NCBI GenBank assembly: GCA_024137785.1
Contig: JAHRHZ010000013.1
Span: 52,062,978-52,126,977 of the forward strand
Reading direction: 5' to 3'
Source: Ginglymostoma cirratum
Taxonomy: Eukaryota
Length of the DNA stretch: 64,000 nucleotides
Positions 39,286 to 50,985 of the stretch are shown one piece after another. A program made the position numbers and the translations under genes. Each line of letters opens with the position of its first letter. Position 1 is the stretch's first letter. Below the pieces are notes generated by a model. That model did not search any database. It worked only from the letters and a program-made list of their open reading frames with translations, and was not told the origin of the DNA.

Positions 39286-40169
39286 CAGATGTCAATACTA
39301 CACTAGAGGAATTGGATCACAAGAAAGGGCACTGGCTAATTTAGTATTCCTTGCTCATTCTGTAATGTTGACCAAATTGTAGTTCCCCACTATTGTTCCA
39401 GGTAGGATCACTGAACTCAATCCAAACAAGAAATTAAACCTGGGACCTGGCAGCCTGCTGGATCATTACCACACTTGACAGTGCACACAATTTTTATTTC
39501 TATTAAACATGATAATATTTCTCATTAGGTGATTGAGAATGGAACTGTGTTACGACGAGTTCAGGAAGATGGGAGCCAGAGTGAGGCAGACTGTGACTAT
39601 ATAGGACCTGATCATTTTTAAAGAATGGAAAGGGAGAAAAGTAATGATGATCTACTTAACGCAGGAATTGAAAGGCAGATAATCTGAAGACAGTGGAAGA
39701 TTTGAGAAATCTGTAGATGAACAACAACAACTGATTCTAGTTTAATGTATTGGGTTCATACACCTGCTCTCAAAGACCCAAAATTCCAGTTTTAATGAAA
39801 ATTAACAGAATAGCTGTTTTGCTGCATAATCAATGGTTCCCTAATGACTTTGTTGGCAACTGTAACTTTGAATCAAGCAGTTTCCAGTATATGTTCACAA
39901 ATTACAGAGATAAACAGTTATTTTCATGCTTCTGTTCACGAAGGGGAGGGACTCCCCTGGCATCTGTATACTATCATTATAACATATGCCCAAAAGCTGA
40001 ATTTAATACAATTATTATCTCCCAGAAAGAACTTAATTATACAACTATCAACGTGTTAGGGTGAGGAGGTAGATTGAAATGAATTACTATATGAACATGT
40101 CGTACGCAGGGCTAGCATTAGCACAGTATCTTCTGACTCTCTGCAACAGATGTTTTGAGTGGTATTTAA
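39286..40169. repeat. Old inverted duplication arm A (partner 46640-47550)
   Basis: Colinear reverse-complement blocks such as ctgcaacagatgttttgagtgg, tcacaaattacagagataaacag and attgttccaggtaggatca; roughly 70-80% identity by eye. Confidence 0.88.
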
Positions 40170-40803
40170 AAACAATTGATGTACTGCTCTTCAAAGCTCC
40201 ACATGTTATCATTAGTAAGGTTTAAACATGACAACAAAAGAAACAGGAGCAGGAGTAGACCATTTGGCTCTTCAAGCTTGCTCAGCTTTTCAATGGGATT
40301 ATGGCAGATCTTCCACATTTGCTCCACCTGCCTCCATTATTGCTACTTCCCTAATTTCCTTTCATCTCCAAAATCTCTCGAGGATCTTGAATATACTGAA
40401 TAGCTCATCATCTACATTTGTTCAAAAATGAACAACACTTTCAGTGAAGAAATATTTCCTCACTTCTTTATTAAAAAGCTAACTCCTTATTTATTTTAAG
40501 CAAAAATATTTATTTTTATTTGTTCTTGGGAAGTGGGCATTGCTGGCTTAATTAATGTTTATTGATCAACAGTAATTCCCTTAGAAATGTTATTTATAAA
40601 CCACCTTCTTGAACCGTTGCACTACTTGAGGTATATGTGCATCCACAGTTGTGCAGTTAGGAAGAGAGTTCCAGGATTTTGACCCTCTGATAGTGAAGCA
40701 ATAGCGATGCAATTTCAAGTCAGGATGCATGTGGCTTTGATGTGGTGTAAACTTAATTCAGGAGCATTACTTGCCTTACTGTGGAAAGCATTCTCCACAC
40801 TAA

Positions 40804-41129
40804 GGCAGCATGGTGGCTCAGTGGTTAGCACTGCTGCTTCACAGCACCAGGGACCTGGGTTCAATTCTACCCTTGGGTGACCCCCCCACCCCCCTGCCAT
40901 GAGGAGTTTACACATACTCCCCATGTCTGTGTGTGTGTCCCCTCTGGGTGCTCCAGTTTCCTCCCACAGTCAAAAGATCTGCAGGACAGGTGGATTGGCC
41001 ATGCTAAATTGCCTATATTGTTCAGGGATGTGTAGATTAGGGGACTGGGTCTGGGTGGGATGCTCTGAGGGTCAGTGTGGACTTGTTGGGCTGAAGGGCC
41101 TGTTCCCACACTGTAGGGATTCTATGATT
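40804..41129 (+). mobile_element. HE1-type V-SINE
   Basis: A and B boxes, V-domain, gattctatgatt tail. Confidence 0.9.
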
Positions 41130-41249
41130 TACCACAACTGGGAACTGGTTTGGCCTTTTGAGATGTTGATGGTGTAATTGTCTCAATCTTATAATAGCCA
41201 TGTGACAAATAGTATACCATAAAGTATATACAAATGTAAGGGTCAGTGT

Positions 41250-41400
41250 CACGTGGCAGCTCAGTGGTTAGCACTGCAGTCTCACAGTGCCAGGGACCTG
41301 GGTTCAATTCCAGCCTCCGGTAACTGTCTGTGTGGAGTTTGCACATTCTCCCTGTGTCTGCGTGGGTTTCCTTCCCCAGTCTAAAGATGTGCAGATGTGG
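41250..41400 (+). mobile_element. HE1-type V-SINE, 5' half
   Basis: Nearly identical to 42249-42415. Confidence 0.88.
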
Positions 41401-41489
41401 TTGAAATTTAACAAGTGTAATACCGGGGTTCTTAGAAGGTGGCCAAGATGGATTATTCACTCAGCACTTCTGATGTTAGATTGATGGAA

Positions 41490-41942
41490 ACACTGCAGGC
41501 TTTATTTTTACACTGATGTCCTGAGCTCCCCCATCATTGAGGATGGGAATATTTGTGGAGTCTCCACCTCTTGTTGGTTATTTAATTGCCAATCACAATT
41601 CACGATTGGAAGTTGCAGGAATGCAAAGCTTAGATCTGATCCATTGGTTGTGGGATCATTTTGCCCTCTCTAATGTGTGCTTCTGATGCTGTTTTGTATG
41701 CAATTAGTCTTGTATTATAGCTTCACCAGGTTGGTATCTCCTTTTAAGATATGTCTGGTGCTGCTACTAGCATGCCCTTCTGTACTCTTCTTTGAAGGAC
41801 CAGGGTTGATCTTCATATTTGATAGTGGGGGAATATGTCAAGATGTAGCGTGACAGATTGTGCGATTGAATACAATTCTGCTACTGCCAATGGCCCACAT
41901 AGATGTCCAGTTTTGAGTTGCTATAACCGTTCGAATTCTGTC
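41490..41942 (-). mobile_element. Second LINE family internal fragment
   Basis: ctcccccatcattgaggatggg...gcttagatctgatccattggttgtggga; family assignment is from recall, no second copy of this part in the window. Confidence 0.5.
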
Positions 41943-42056
41943 CTATGGGATGAACTTCAAGAAGTAATATTAACCAGTAATAGGAGTGCATTTATTAATG
42001 AAAATGGAATTGGTAAATGGAGAGACTCGAACCAGCTAAAAGTATTTAAGACCTAA
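41943..42056 (+). pseudogene. Retroviral integrase C-terminal remnant
   Basis: LWDELQEVILTSNRSAFINENGIGKWRDSNQLK resembles the W.GP..V.LT...A......W.H...K pattern. Confidence 0.55.
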
Positions 42057-42090
42057 CAGTATAACAGTCCAGCCTGCTAGTCTGGTGTGG

Positions 42091-42132
42091 TCACTCTCTC
42101 TCTTTCTCTATTTTCACTCTCCCTCTTGCAGG
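42091..42132 (+). promoter_or_regulatory. Candidate env splice acceptor
   Basis: About 38-nt polypyrimidine tract ending ttgcag|g just downstream of the pol stop codon. Confidence 0.6.
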
Positions 42133-42248
42133 TTTTAAGGACCCTCACCATGTGATCACCAACAAGCAACAGGAACGGGGTCCTCGACCCCAGGATGGGA
42201 GATGGAATAGATTGAGGTTGCATGTAAATATATGCAACACTGTTGCAT

Positions 42249-42570
42249 GGCAGCATGGTGGCTCAGTGGTTAGCACTGCAGTCTCACAGTGCCAGGGACC
42301 TGGGTTCAATTCCAGCCTCAGGTAACTGTCTGTGAGGAGTTTGCACATTCTCCCTGTGTCTGCGTGGGTTTCCTCTGGGTGCTTTGGTTTCCTCCCACAG
42401 TCCAAAGATGTGCAGGTTAGGTGGATTGGCCATGCTAAATTGCCCATAGTGTTCAGGGGTGTGTGGGTTATAGGGTGATGGGTCTGGGTGGGATGCTCCA
42501 AGGGTCAGTGTGGACTTGTTGGGCCAAAGGGCCTGTTTCTACACTGTAGGGATTCTAATTCTAATTCTAA
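42249..42570 (+). mobile_element. HE1-type V-SINE inserted in the ERV
   Basis: Full length, with an (attcta)3 tail. Confidence 0.93.
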
Positions 42571-42617
42571 GTGAGACTGTAATTTGGAATATTACTGATA
42601 TTAGCATAAGCTTGAAA

Positions 42618-43520
42618 ATGTTAATCCTCTGTGGGCTCCCCTTAATTTTGAACCCATTGGAGGCTCACAGGCATGCACCGAAACAGGAACTTAATGTGAA
42701 CATGTTTTTATACATGTCATTTGCTTTTGCCAAATTAATATCTCCAGTTGCTGGGTCTGTAACTCTGATACTCTGTAAGAGAGGTATAACCCTGCGGCCC
42801 ATCCCCTTTAACACCTTGGAACAAGCTGCACGGGTATTGAGACAGAATAATACTACAGGGCATGGTTTCAGGGAGGGATACAAATGCCCAAAAGGGGCAG
42901 GAAAATATAGCATTAATACCACTGAGTCCGGTGGAAGCCAGCAGATTACGACCTGATTGTTCTTGCAGTTTGGTACCAGCCCAACTTTCAGATCTTGCAA
43001 CAGCTCCCTTTTGTCATTCTAACACTTTAGGAATAGGGAAGCCCACTGGTATTACTTGCTGAGAAAGAATGGATCCTAGAAGGCTGAAAGTGGGAACTAG
43101 TAACTGCACTCAGACATACAATGTCATGTCACCCCCATCCCCGTCATCGATTTGGCAATGGCACCTGGTTGACCTTCAGGAATCGTATGAGTGAGGGAAC
43201 GTTTCAACAAAGCTGGTACCCCAAGATTATCACCAGATTCACCATATATCCCTGACAAGTCTGATGAAATTGCTGATTTGGCAGATCATATCTGCAAAGA
43301 AACGGACAAACTTAGACAACCCCCAGTCTCGACTCTATGGACTTGGGCAACAAGCTGTCTGGGATCCCTGGGGATGCCTTTTGCCTAGTGAATAATAATC
43401 TTCTTTATAATCATCATTTTTCTGTGCTATCATGTTTGTGGCTTTCTCAAGTGCTTCATTGCTACAACGATGAAGAAGGTGACTGCGGAAGGATGGTGGA
43501 CCAAGGCATCTAGTGGAATG
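42618..43520 (+). pseudogene. env: Retroviral envelope remnant, internally deleted
   Basis: Hydrophobic N-terminus MLILCGLPLILNPLEA; NISSCWVC in an alternate frame (CWVC at 42749-42760); YIPDKSDEI..L...I; in-frame anchor IIIFFIIIIFLC after two stop codons. Confidence 0.7.
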
Positions 43521-43721
43521 ACAAAAGAATGACAAGCTCATCACACAACAGGAAGAGGATGGTAGATGCGACACAGCCAGAAGAAGACTATTCATGGCTT
43601 GCCTCTGAGCCTAAGGGCACATTGCCAGGCGTGACCACCCGAATCAAATGAACTTTGAAATTCTTTGCTTTGAACGTACGCATTAATATTTGACCCTACT
43701 TCTAGGGTCTGGTCTTCGGTC

Positions 43722-44170
43722 AAAGGGGGAAACTGTAGGTGATGCCCATATTTGAAAGACACAAGATGGCTGGCAGCTAAGTTGTCCCATTAGTCCTGCA
43801 CAAAATGGCTGACAAGTGAAATTAAACAGAATTAAAAGCCTGTTCCAGCATTTAACGGAGACACAATGGTACCTTTGACAAGGGGCTATTCTGAGGCAAC
43901 ATGGAGCCTTGCACAAACAACAGCTGCAAGAAGATTTGTCAGAGACAGTTTGATAAGAAAACATCCAAATACAGAACAGAGTTAGTTAGGACAAGGGGTG
44001 TAAATCACCCCAGAAGACAGTCAATTTAGCCCATCATTCAGCCTTGAAAACAGCAGATAAAGGTATTTTTGCAGTAATTAGCTGCTTCTTTGCAATTATT
44101 TACAATATTAAGAAATAGGTTCTAATTAAAAGATTCTTCAGATAACCAAGAGTTGCCTAAAAGTCTCTCA
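43722..44170 (+). mobile_element. Polypurine tract and start of a 3' LTR (TG at 43734), cut by a CR1 insertion
   Basis: aaagggggaaac-TGTAGG downstream of env; the LTR right end is not seen. Confidence 0.6.
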
Positions 44171-44177
44171 AGTATCA

Positions 44178-45578
44178 GACTCCACTACCACTGCCGGCAG
44201 AGCATTCCACACGCCCACCACTCTCTGTGTGAAGAACCTACCTCTGACATATCCCAAATCACCTCTTCCTCTAATCGCCTTAAAATTATGCCGCATCATA
44301 ATAGTCTTTTCTGCCCTGGGAAAAATCTCTGACTATCCACTTTATTTATGCCTCTCATCATCTTGTACACCTCTATCCAGTCACCTCTCATCCTTCTTCG
44401 CTCCAATGAAAAAAGCCCTAACTCCCTCAACCTTTCCTCATAAGACCTGCCCTCCAGTCCAGGCAGCATTCTGGTAAATCTCTTCTGAACCCTCTCTAAA
44501 GCTTCCACATCTTTCCTATAATCAGGTGACCAGAACTGAACACAATATTCCAAGTGTGGTCTAACCAGAGTTTTGTAGAGCTGCAGCATAGCCTCACAGC
44601 TCTTAAACTCAATTCCCCTGCCAATGAAAGCCAACACACCATACGCCTTCTTAACAACCCTATCAACTTGGGTAGCAACTTTGAGGGATCTATGGACATA
44701 GGCCCCAAGATCCCTATGTTCCTCCACACTGCCAAGAATCCTGCCATTAACCCTGTATTCTGCATTCAAATTCGACCTTCCATAACTTCATACTTTTCTG
44801 AGTTGAATTCCATCTGCCACTTCTTTGCCCAGCTCTGCATCATGTTTATGTCCCATTGCAACCTACAACAGCCCTCCACGCTATCCACAACTCCACCAAC
44901 CTTTGTGTCAACAGTAGACTTACTAACCCACCCTTCCACTTCCTCATCCAAGCCTTTCATAAAGATCACAAAGAGCAGAGGTCCCAGAACAGATCCCTGC
45001 GGAACACCACTGGTCACCGAGCTCCAGGCTGAATACTTTCCATCTACTACCACCCTCCGTCTTCTATTGGACTGCCAGTTTTGTACATAGACAGCCAAAT
45101 TTCCCTGAATCCCATGCCTCCTTACATTCTGAATGTACCTACGATATGGAACCTTATCAAATGCCTTGTTAAAATCCATATACACCACATCCACTGCTTG
45201 GCCTTCATCGATGTGTTTTGTCACATCCTCAAAGAATTCAATAGGACTTGTGAGGCATGACCTGCCCCTCACAAAGCCATGCTGACTATTTCTAATCAAA
45301 CTGTGCTTTCCCAAATAATCATAAATACTATCTCTCAGAAACCTCTCCAATAATTTGCCCACCACAGAAGTAAGACTGACCGGTCTGTAATTTCCAGGAT
45401 TATGCCTATTCCCTTCCTTGAACAAGGGAATGACATTTGCCACCCTCCAATCTTCTGGTACTAGTCCAGTGGACAGAGAGGACGCAAAGATCATTGCCAA
45501 AGGGGCAGTAATCTCTTCTCTCTCGCCCCGTGGTAACCCTGGGTATATCCCGTCTGGCCCAGGGGACTTATCTATCCT
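44178..45578 (-). mobile_element. CR1-clade LINE (HER1-like) ORF2 RT, well preserved but defective
   Basis: PEDWRVANVIPLFK, GNYRPVSLTS, DVVYMDFNKAFDKV, GVPQGSVLGPLLF, RPHLEYCVQFWSP; FADD is mutated to STVD and there is a frameshift near 44770. Confidence 0.95.
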
Positions 45579-45584
45579 TAGGCT

Positions 45585-46620
45585 AACCTTTAATTCCAGA
45601 TGGAATTGAATTTAAATTTCATCATCTGCAATAATGATATTCAAACCCACATCCCTGGAACATTCGCCTGGGATTCTGGATTGCTTACCCATAATACAAT
45701 AAGTGGTAACATTACCACTACTTCTCTGTCTCCCAATGAACATTTGATATTAAACATCATAGGTCAAGGCTGAATTCTTGCTTCCTGGAGATGGTCAATG
45801 CCTGACACTTGGATGGCACAGATATTACTTGCAGCTTATTGCCCACGTTTGGATGATGTCCTGAACTTGAAGCACATGGACACTGACTGCTTCAGCATCT
45901 GCGCTCTGATGAAGAGTCATTGAGACTGGAACTGTTAGCTTGCTGTCTCTTCAAGGATGCTGCCTGACCCTCTGTGATTTCCAGCATTTTTTCAGTACAG
46001 ATTCCAGCATCTGCAGTAATTTGCTCCTCCTTCAGTCTCTGAGGGGTTGTGAATGTTGCTGAACATTGTGCAATCACCAGCAAACATCGCCACTTCTGAT
46101 GTCAAAATGGAAGGAAGATCATTGATCAAAGAGCTGAAGATAGTTGAGCCTGTGACACTGTCCTGAGGATCTTCTGCAGAGATGTCCTGGAGTTGAGATG
46201 ACTGACATTGAATAACTACAACTATCTCCAACCAATGTAGAGTTATGTATCTCTTGATTTCAGGAGCAACCACTCTCACATTACCCCTAGAATTCAGCTG
46301 TGTTGCCTATGTTGGGAGCAAGGCTGTATTAAAGTCACAAGCTGAATAGCACGAATAGAACCGAAAGTAAGTATTTTTATATTTCCCAATCAACATGTTC
46401 AGAGATGCTATTATGCATCTCTGGAGTAGGTGAGACTTGAACCCAGGTCTCCTGGCTCAGGTAGGAACACTACTGCTGCACCACAAGTTTAGCATCAGTG
46501 AGCAGGTTGATGCTAAGACAGTGTTGCTTAATAGCACCGTAAATGAATCCTTTCATTACTTCAGTGATCGAGAGTAACCTTACAGGGCAGTAATTAGCTG
46601 TTTCAGATTTCTCTTCATGT
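45585..46620 (-). mobile_element. SINE type B head plus a second-family LINE RT fragment, with nested inserts
   Basis: PQDSVTGSTIFSSLINDLPS...MFAGDCT RT remnant; nested PLE family 3 end at about 45890-46030 and type C SINE at 46385-46487. Confidence 0.75.
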
Positions 46621-46639
46621 GGATGTATACAAATGGATA

Positions 46640-47550
46640 TTAGACACCACTCAAAACATCTGTTGCAGGGAATCGGGAGGCACTGTACTAATGTTAGCCC
46701 TGTATATGACATGTTCAGAGACTGGTTCATTTTCATACTACTTCCACATGCTCTAGCATGTTGATGGTTGTATAATAATGCTCTTTCTGGGAGATAGTAA
46801 TTGAGTTAGATTCAGTTTTCAGGCATATTTGATAATGATAGTGTGCAGATGTCAGGGGAGTCCCTTAGCAAAAAAAGAAACATGAAAACGCCTGTTTATC
46901 TCTGTAATTTGTGACCCCACTAACACACTTTGGGAAACAAGTTCCATCAATGTCATTAGGGAGCCAATATTCATGGAGAAAACAGTTATTTCCTTAATTT
47001 TCATTAAAATTGGAGTTTTGTGTCCTTGAGAAAACATGCATGAACCCAATACTTTAAATTGGAATCAATTGTAGCTGCCCAATGACAGCTTTTGCAATTC
47101 TTCCATTACACTCTTCAAGTCATCTGTTTTTCAATTCTTGCTTTGAGATTGTGGCTATTTTCCTATCTGCCAATGCAGATGGTACAACCTAACATTTGGT
47201 AAATGATAAGCTCATTTATAGTCATAGCCACCTCACACTCTCTCCCAGCCTCCTTAGCTCCTTTGTTTCAACAAAGCACATTCAATATTCAACCACCTCA
47301 TGAAATAACTGCCATGCTCTTTAGGAAAAGAAAGGATGGTGTACACTGCTGAGAGTTATATGGATGCAAACAGGCTGCAAAGGTCCAATTTCAATTTCTT
47401 CTCTGAACTAAGTTCACTGATTCTACCCGGAACAATTGTGGGAAAGTACAATTTGTCAAAACTGTAGCATGAGCAAAAAATAATCCATCAACCAAAGCAC
47501 ATTCTCCTGATCAGAATCAAATATTTTCTTCAACAAAGTACAGATATCTG
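46640..47550. repeat. Old inverted duplication arm B
   Basis: Reverse complement of 39286-40169; the mirrored ORFs MGSYTCSQRPKIPVLMKI and MGSCMFSQGHKTPILMKI reflect this. Confidence 0.88.
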
Positions 47551-48109
47551 CCAAATTTTTAACTTGTCTGAGACCATAATCTTATATTCTGGATATCCCC
47601 AGCCAAAGGAAAGACCTCCTCTGTAACTACCATGTTAAGTCCCTTAAGTATTTTACAGGATTCAATTAAATTATCTTTCATTCTTTTAAACTCCAGGGAA
47701 TTTGGTTTAGACTTCTCATAGGACATGTGCCCTCTACTCAGGAACAAATTGTCAAATGTGTGTTACAAAAAAATATTGCTTTACTTGTATAAAACACTCA
47801 TGAGTTCAAATCTGGAGTACTGTGTGCAGTTCTAGTCCTCATGGCTAAACATGGTGTATTGATAAAGGGATTGCAATGAAGGTCACCAGACTGACTCTTG
47901 GCATGGTGGGATTTTTCAATGAAGGAGAGATTGAGGAGATTGGGCCCATTTTCTATGGAGTGTAGAACAATGAGAAGTTTCTTACCAAAACTTTCAAAAT
48001 TCTTAAAGGAATAAGAAGCGTAGATACAGAAAGACAAAGCTGTGAATGTGGCGGGTATCTGCAAGGAAGTGGCTTTCTTGGATGGGTGATTTAATAGAAA
48101 GCTTTCAAT

Positions 48110-49100
48110 ACTGTAGCACAGCTCTTGGGTGAATACTACCTGGATGAGGGTTCAATGTGCTTCTTGGGAAGGCAGGTATCCAATTGCAGTTACCAGCAGC
48201 AAAGTAGCATATTGATCCTCCTCCTTCTCCAGGAATGCTGAATTCTCTTCTTGCTCCGTTGGCACGAACTCCCTGTAGTGCTATGTTGTGAAGGGCACAG
48301 ACTGTCATGAAGGGGCATAAATATTAGATGTCACCAGATTGTTCATGATAGCAGAACCACAGTATATGTAAGCCAATGACTTCATCTTTGAGGCCCTGGT
48401 AGTAGAATGACTCCCATTGCACCTTTCCTTTGCTTTGTGAGAATTCTTCACCTGGAATATCAGTTAGATTTTGAGTGAGTATTCCGAGAGCCAAGCACTG
48501 AGGATGTCTGGTGGAGAGAGGGTCTGTAGAACATGAGACAGAATAAGGATGAATGAAGTCATGGCAGCTACCATGACTATATGCATACTATTTTCTTCCT
48601 TGGATTATAATGATACTGCAATGCCATCCTCTTGAGCTAGCTACCTTTCAACTGCACAGCAACAAAGTTAAAGCCCTCCCTTTCACCTGTTGCGATTACC
48701 AAATGGGTGCAATCCACAACTGCCTGGATCTGTAAGAGAAAAAATGTTGACAGTCCTTTGGATTTGTCTATCAATATCCAACAGAAAATTAATAAAATTG
48801 GAAAATCTCACAAAGAAGGCACCAGAGTCCTGGCTGTTGCAGCTGTGGGCTGCAGATTATGAGATCCCTGGAAGGACCTGGGAATGAAAAATGAGGATTG
48901 TGATCAGCTTGACAGCCACAGGAATGAGCACTTGATCCTCTCAGGCAGAGATCTTTGTTTTTAGAGGTAGCGGGGGGCTGCAATTACTTGTTGTGAAAGC
49001 CTGAGGCTTTGAAGGCACAGTTGCTCAGAGATGTTGAAGAAGCTGATTCTTGGCGTATAGATCATGTGTCAGGGATACTGTGTCCTTCAAGGTGCAGTCC
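48110..49100 (-). pseudogene. PIF/Harbinger transposase remnant
   Basis: ISFFNISEQLCLQSLRLS, PVAVKL, QAVVDCTHLVI, GSCHD, VCALHNIALQ. Confidence 0.8.
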
Positions 49101-49314
49101 CCTCCATCCCCTCTGTTCTCTTCAGCTGCCTATGACTATGGAGAAGGCAGCTAACTGCTTCCCCATGACTTCTTTCTGACTTCTGTTTCTGGCAATGCTG
49201 AACCTTCATCAGGCTGGGAAAGTCCTGTCCAACGTTTCCTTTACATCTGTTTCTTTATACTTACCTACATATACATGTGCATTTTATGGGTGTAAGGGTT
49301 AAATTGTCACTATG

Positions 49315-49660
49315 AGGAGGTGATGTAATGATCATGTCACTGGACTAGTTATCCAAAATCTCAGGATAACATTGTGGGGACATAGGTTCAAAATCCACTG
49401 GTGCAAATGATGAAATTTGAATTCATTAAGACAGCAAGAATTTGTTTTAAAAAGATCTAGCCTAATGGTGACTTTTTAACTCAGTTGGTTCTTATGAAAA
49501 TCCATTTGGTTCACAAAATGCCCTTCAGAAAGATGTAAATTTGCCTTTCTTACCTTACCTTGCCTTGCCGAAAAGAAATTCCAGACCCACACATTGTGGT
49601 TGATGTTTAAGTACCCTCTAGGTAATAAAAGCTGCGCACATCTCATGAATCAATAAAGAA
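49315..49660 (+). mobile_element. SINE type B, decayed
   Basis: ggaggtgatg...ggactagttatcc...ggttcaaaatcc...ccagacccacacattgtggttga. Confidence 0.65.
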
Positions 49661-50477
49661 AATTAGGATTTATTTCCAAATGGGAAATTAAAAATGTGGT
49701 TTGAGAGAAAATCAGTCTCCACTGGTTTCCTTTCCATTAATACAAACGATATATGCTTCAGGTGAGTAAAGTTCACAAATGAAATTTCCTGCAGGTTTGT
49801 TGCCGATTCACCTGAATTTTTAATGCATCCTCCTGCTAAAGAAAGTCATCAGACCAAAAATTTGTAAAAGTAACTCTTTATATGTGCCTAAACTGTTAGT
49901 ACAATGACCTTCAGGACCATGCATGCACTTTCTTAAGGAGGTTAATGGAAGGAAAATCAATTTCTATTTCAGTAGAATTCCATTCAATAATGTTTAACAA
50001 CATGCATTTATTAACAATTCAACAAAAACAGTATCAACTGCAAATATATTTCTTTGTGTGTGACATTTAAGAATTGGAATCCGTGCAGTAACAGGTCACT
50101 ATCTGACCGGACATTCAGAGCAGTAGCTTTCACTGGATTAATTCACATTCTATCACCTAGCTGACCAATAAAAAAATGCAGTTGCACTGCGATCAGATAC
50201 CCGTTTTGACACTATCAAAATTAGATTACAGTGGTTAATGGAGTGTATCAGTTTTGCAATTATATTGCTGTGTGCTGGACAGTGTGCAATAAATTCTGGA
50301 TTAGTGTTTAATTTTTATGGTATTGTATCAAAATACTTAATAGAATTGATTTTCAAGTTATGCTGTCTTGATTTTTTGTCAGTTTATTCTTACAGAGTTT
50401 AACTGTGAAATAGACTTGATGAGGAGTTTCTAGACAGAAATGTTGACCATTGGAATATGCAGGTTTATTGTTTTGAC

Positions 50478-50612
50478 TCAAAAACAGAAATTGAAGAGAA
50501 AACTCAGTAGCTCTGGCAGCATCTGTAGAAAGAAAGCAGAGTTAATGTTTCGGGTCTACTGATCCTTGTTTAGGACTGATTTTAGCTCGGAAAACCTTTC
50601 TGGACCCGAAAC
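50478..50612. mobile_element. PLE family 3 pseudo-LTR end with a short inverted piece
   Basis: gagttaatgtttcgggtc ... gacccgaaac. Confidence 0.6.
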
Positions 50613-50719
50613 CAGAGCCTGCAATGCCCTAGATGTGAATCAACGGAGCCTCCCGTGACTCCCAGAGCTCTTGTGCTGCTTGTTGATTATACTTATGAGA
50701 GCAATCTACAAAGAGTCAA

Positions 50720-50985
50720 ATAGAGAAAGAGAAAGAGATCTAAGGGGCAATACGTCCACGCAGAGCGTGGTGTGTGTATGGAACATGCTGCCAAAGGAAT
50801 TGGAGGAGGCTGGTACAATTACGCCATTTAAAAGGCATCTGGATGGGTACATGAATAGGAAGGGTTTAGAGGAATATGGGCCAAATACTGGCAAATGGGA
50901 CTAGATTAATTTAGGATATCTAGTCAGCATGGACAAGTTGGACCGAAGGGTCTATTTCCATGCTGTATATCTCTATGATTCTATG
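50720..50985 (+). mobile_element. CR1 3' terminus
   Basis: VWNMLPKE..EAGTITPFKRHLDGYMNRKGLEEYG and a ctatgattctatga tail. Confidence 0.9.

Larger units (their letters stand above)
41943..44170 (+). mobile_element. Decayed endogenous retrovirus, 3' half (pol end, env, PPT, LTR)
   Basis: Ordered integrase-tail-like frame, splice acceptor, env SU and TM remnants, polypurine tract followed by TG. Confidence 0.72.

Noticed and set aside
42510-42956. 148-aa ORF as an intact or domesticated env gene
   Set aside because: It starts inside a SINE tail, the CWVC motif is out of frame, and the downstream env is deleted and contains stops
44554-45090. 178-aa plus-strand ORF
   Set aside because: Antisense frame of the CR1 RT
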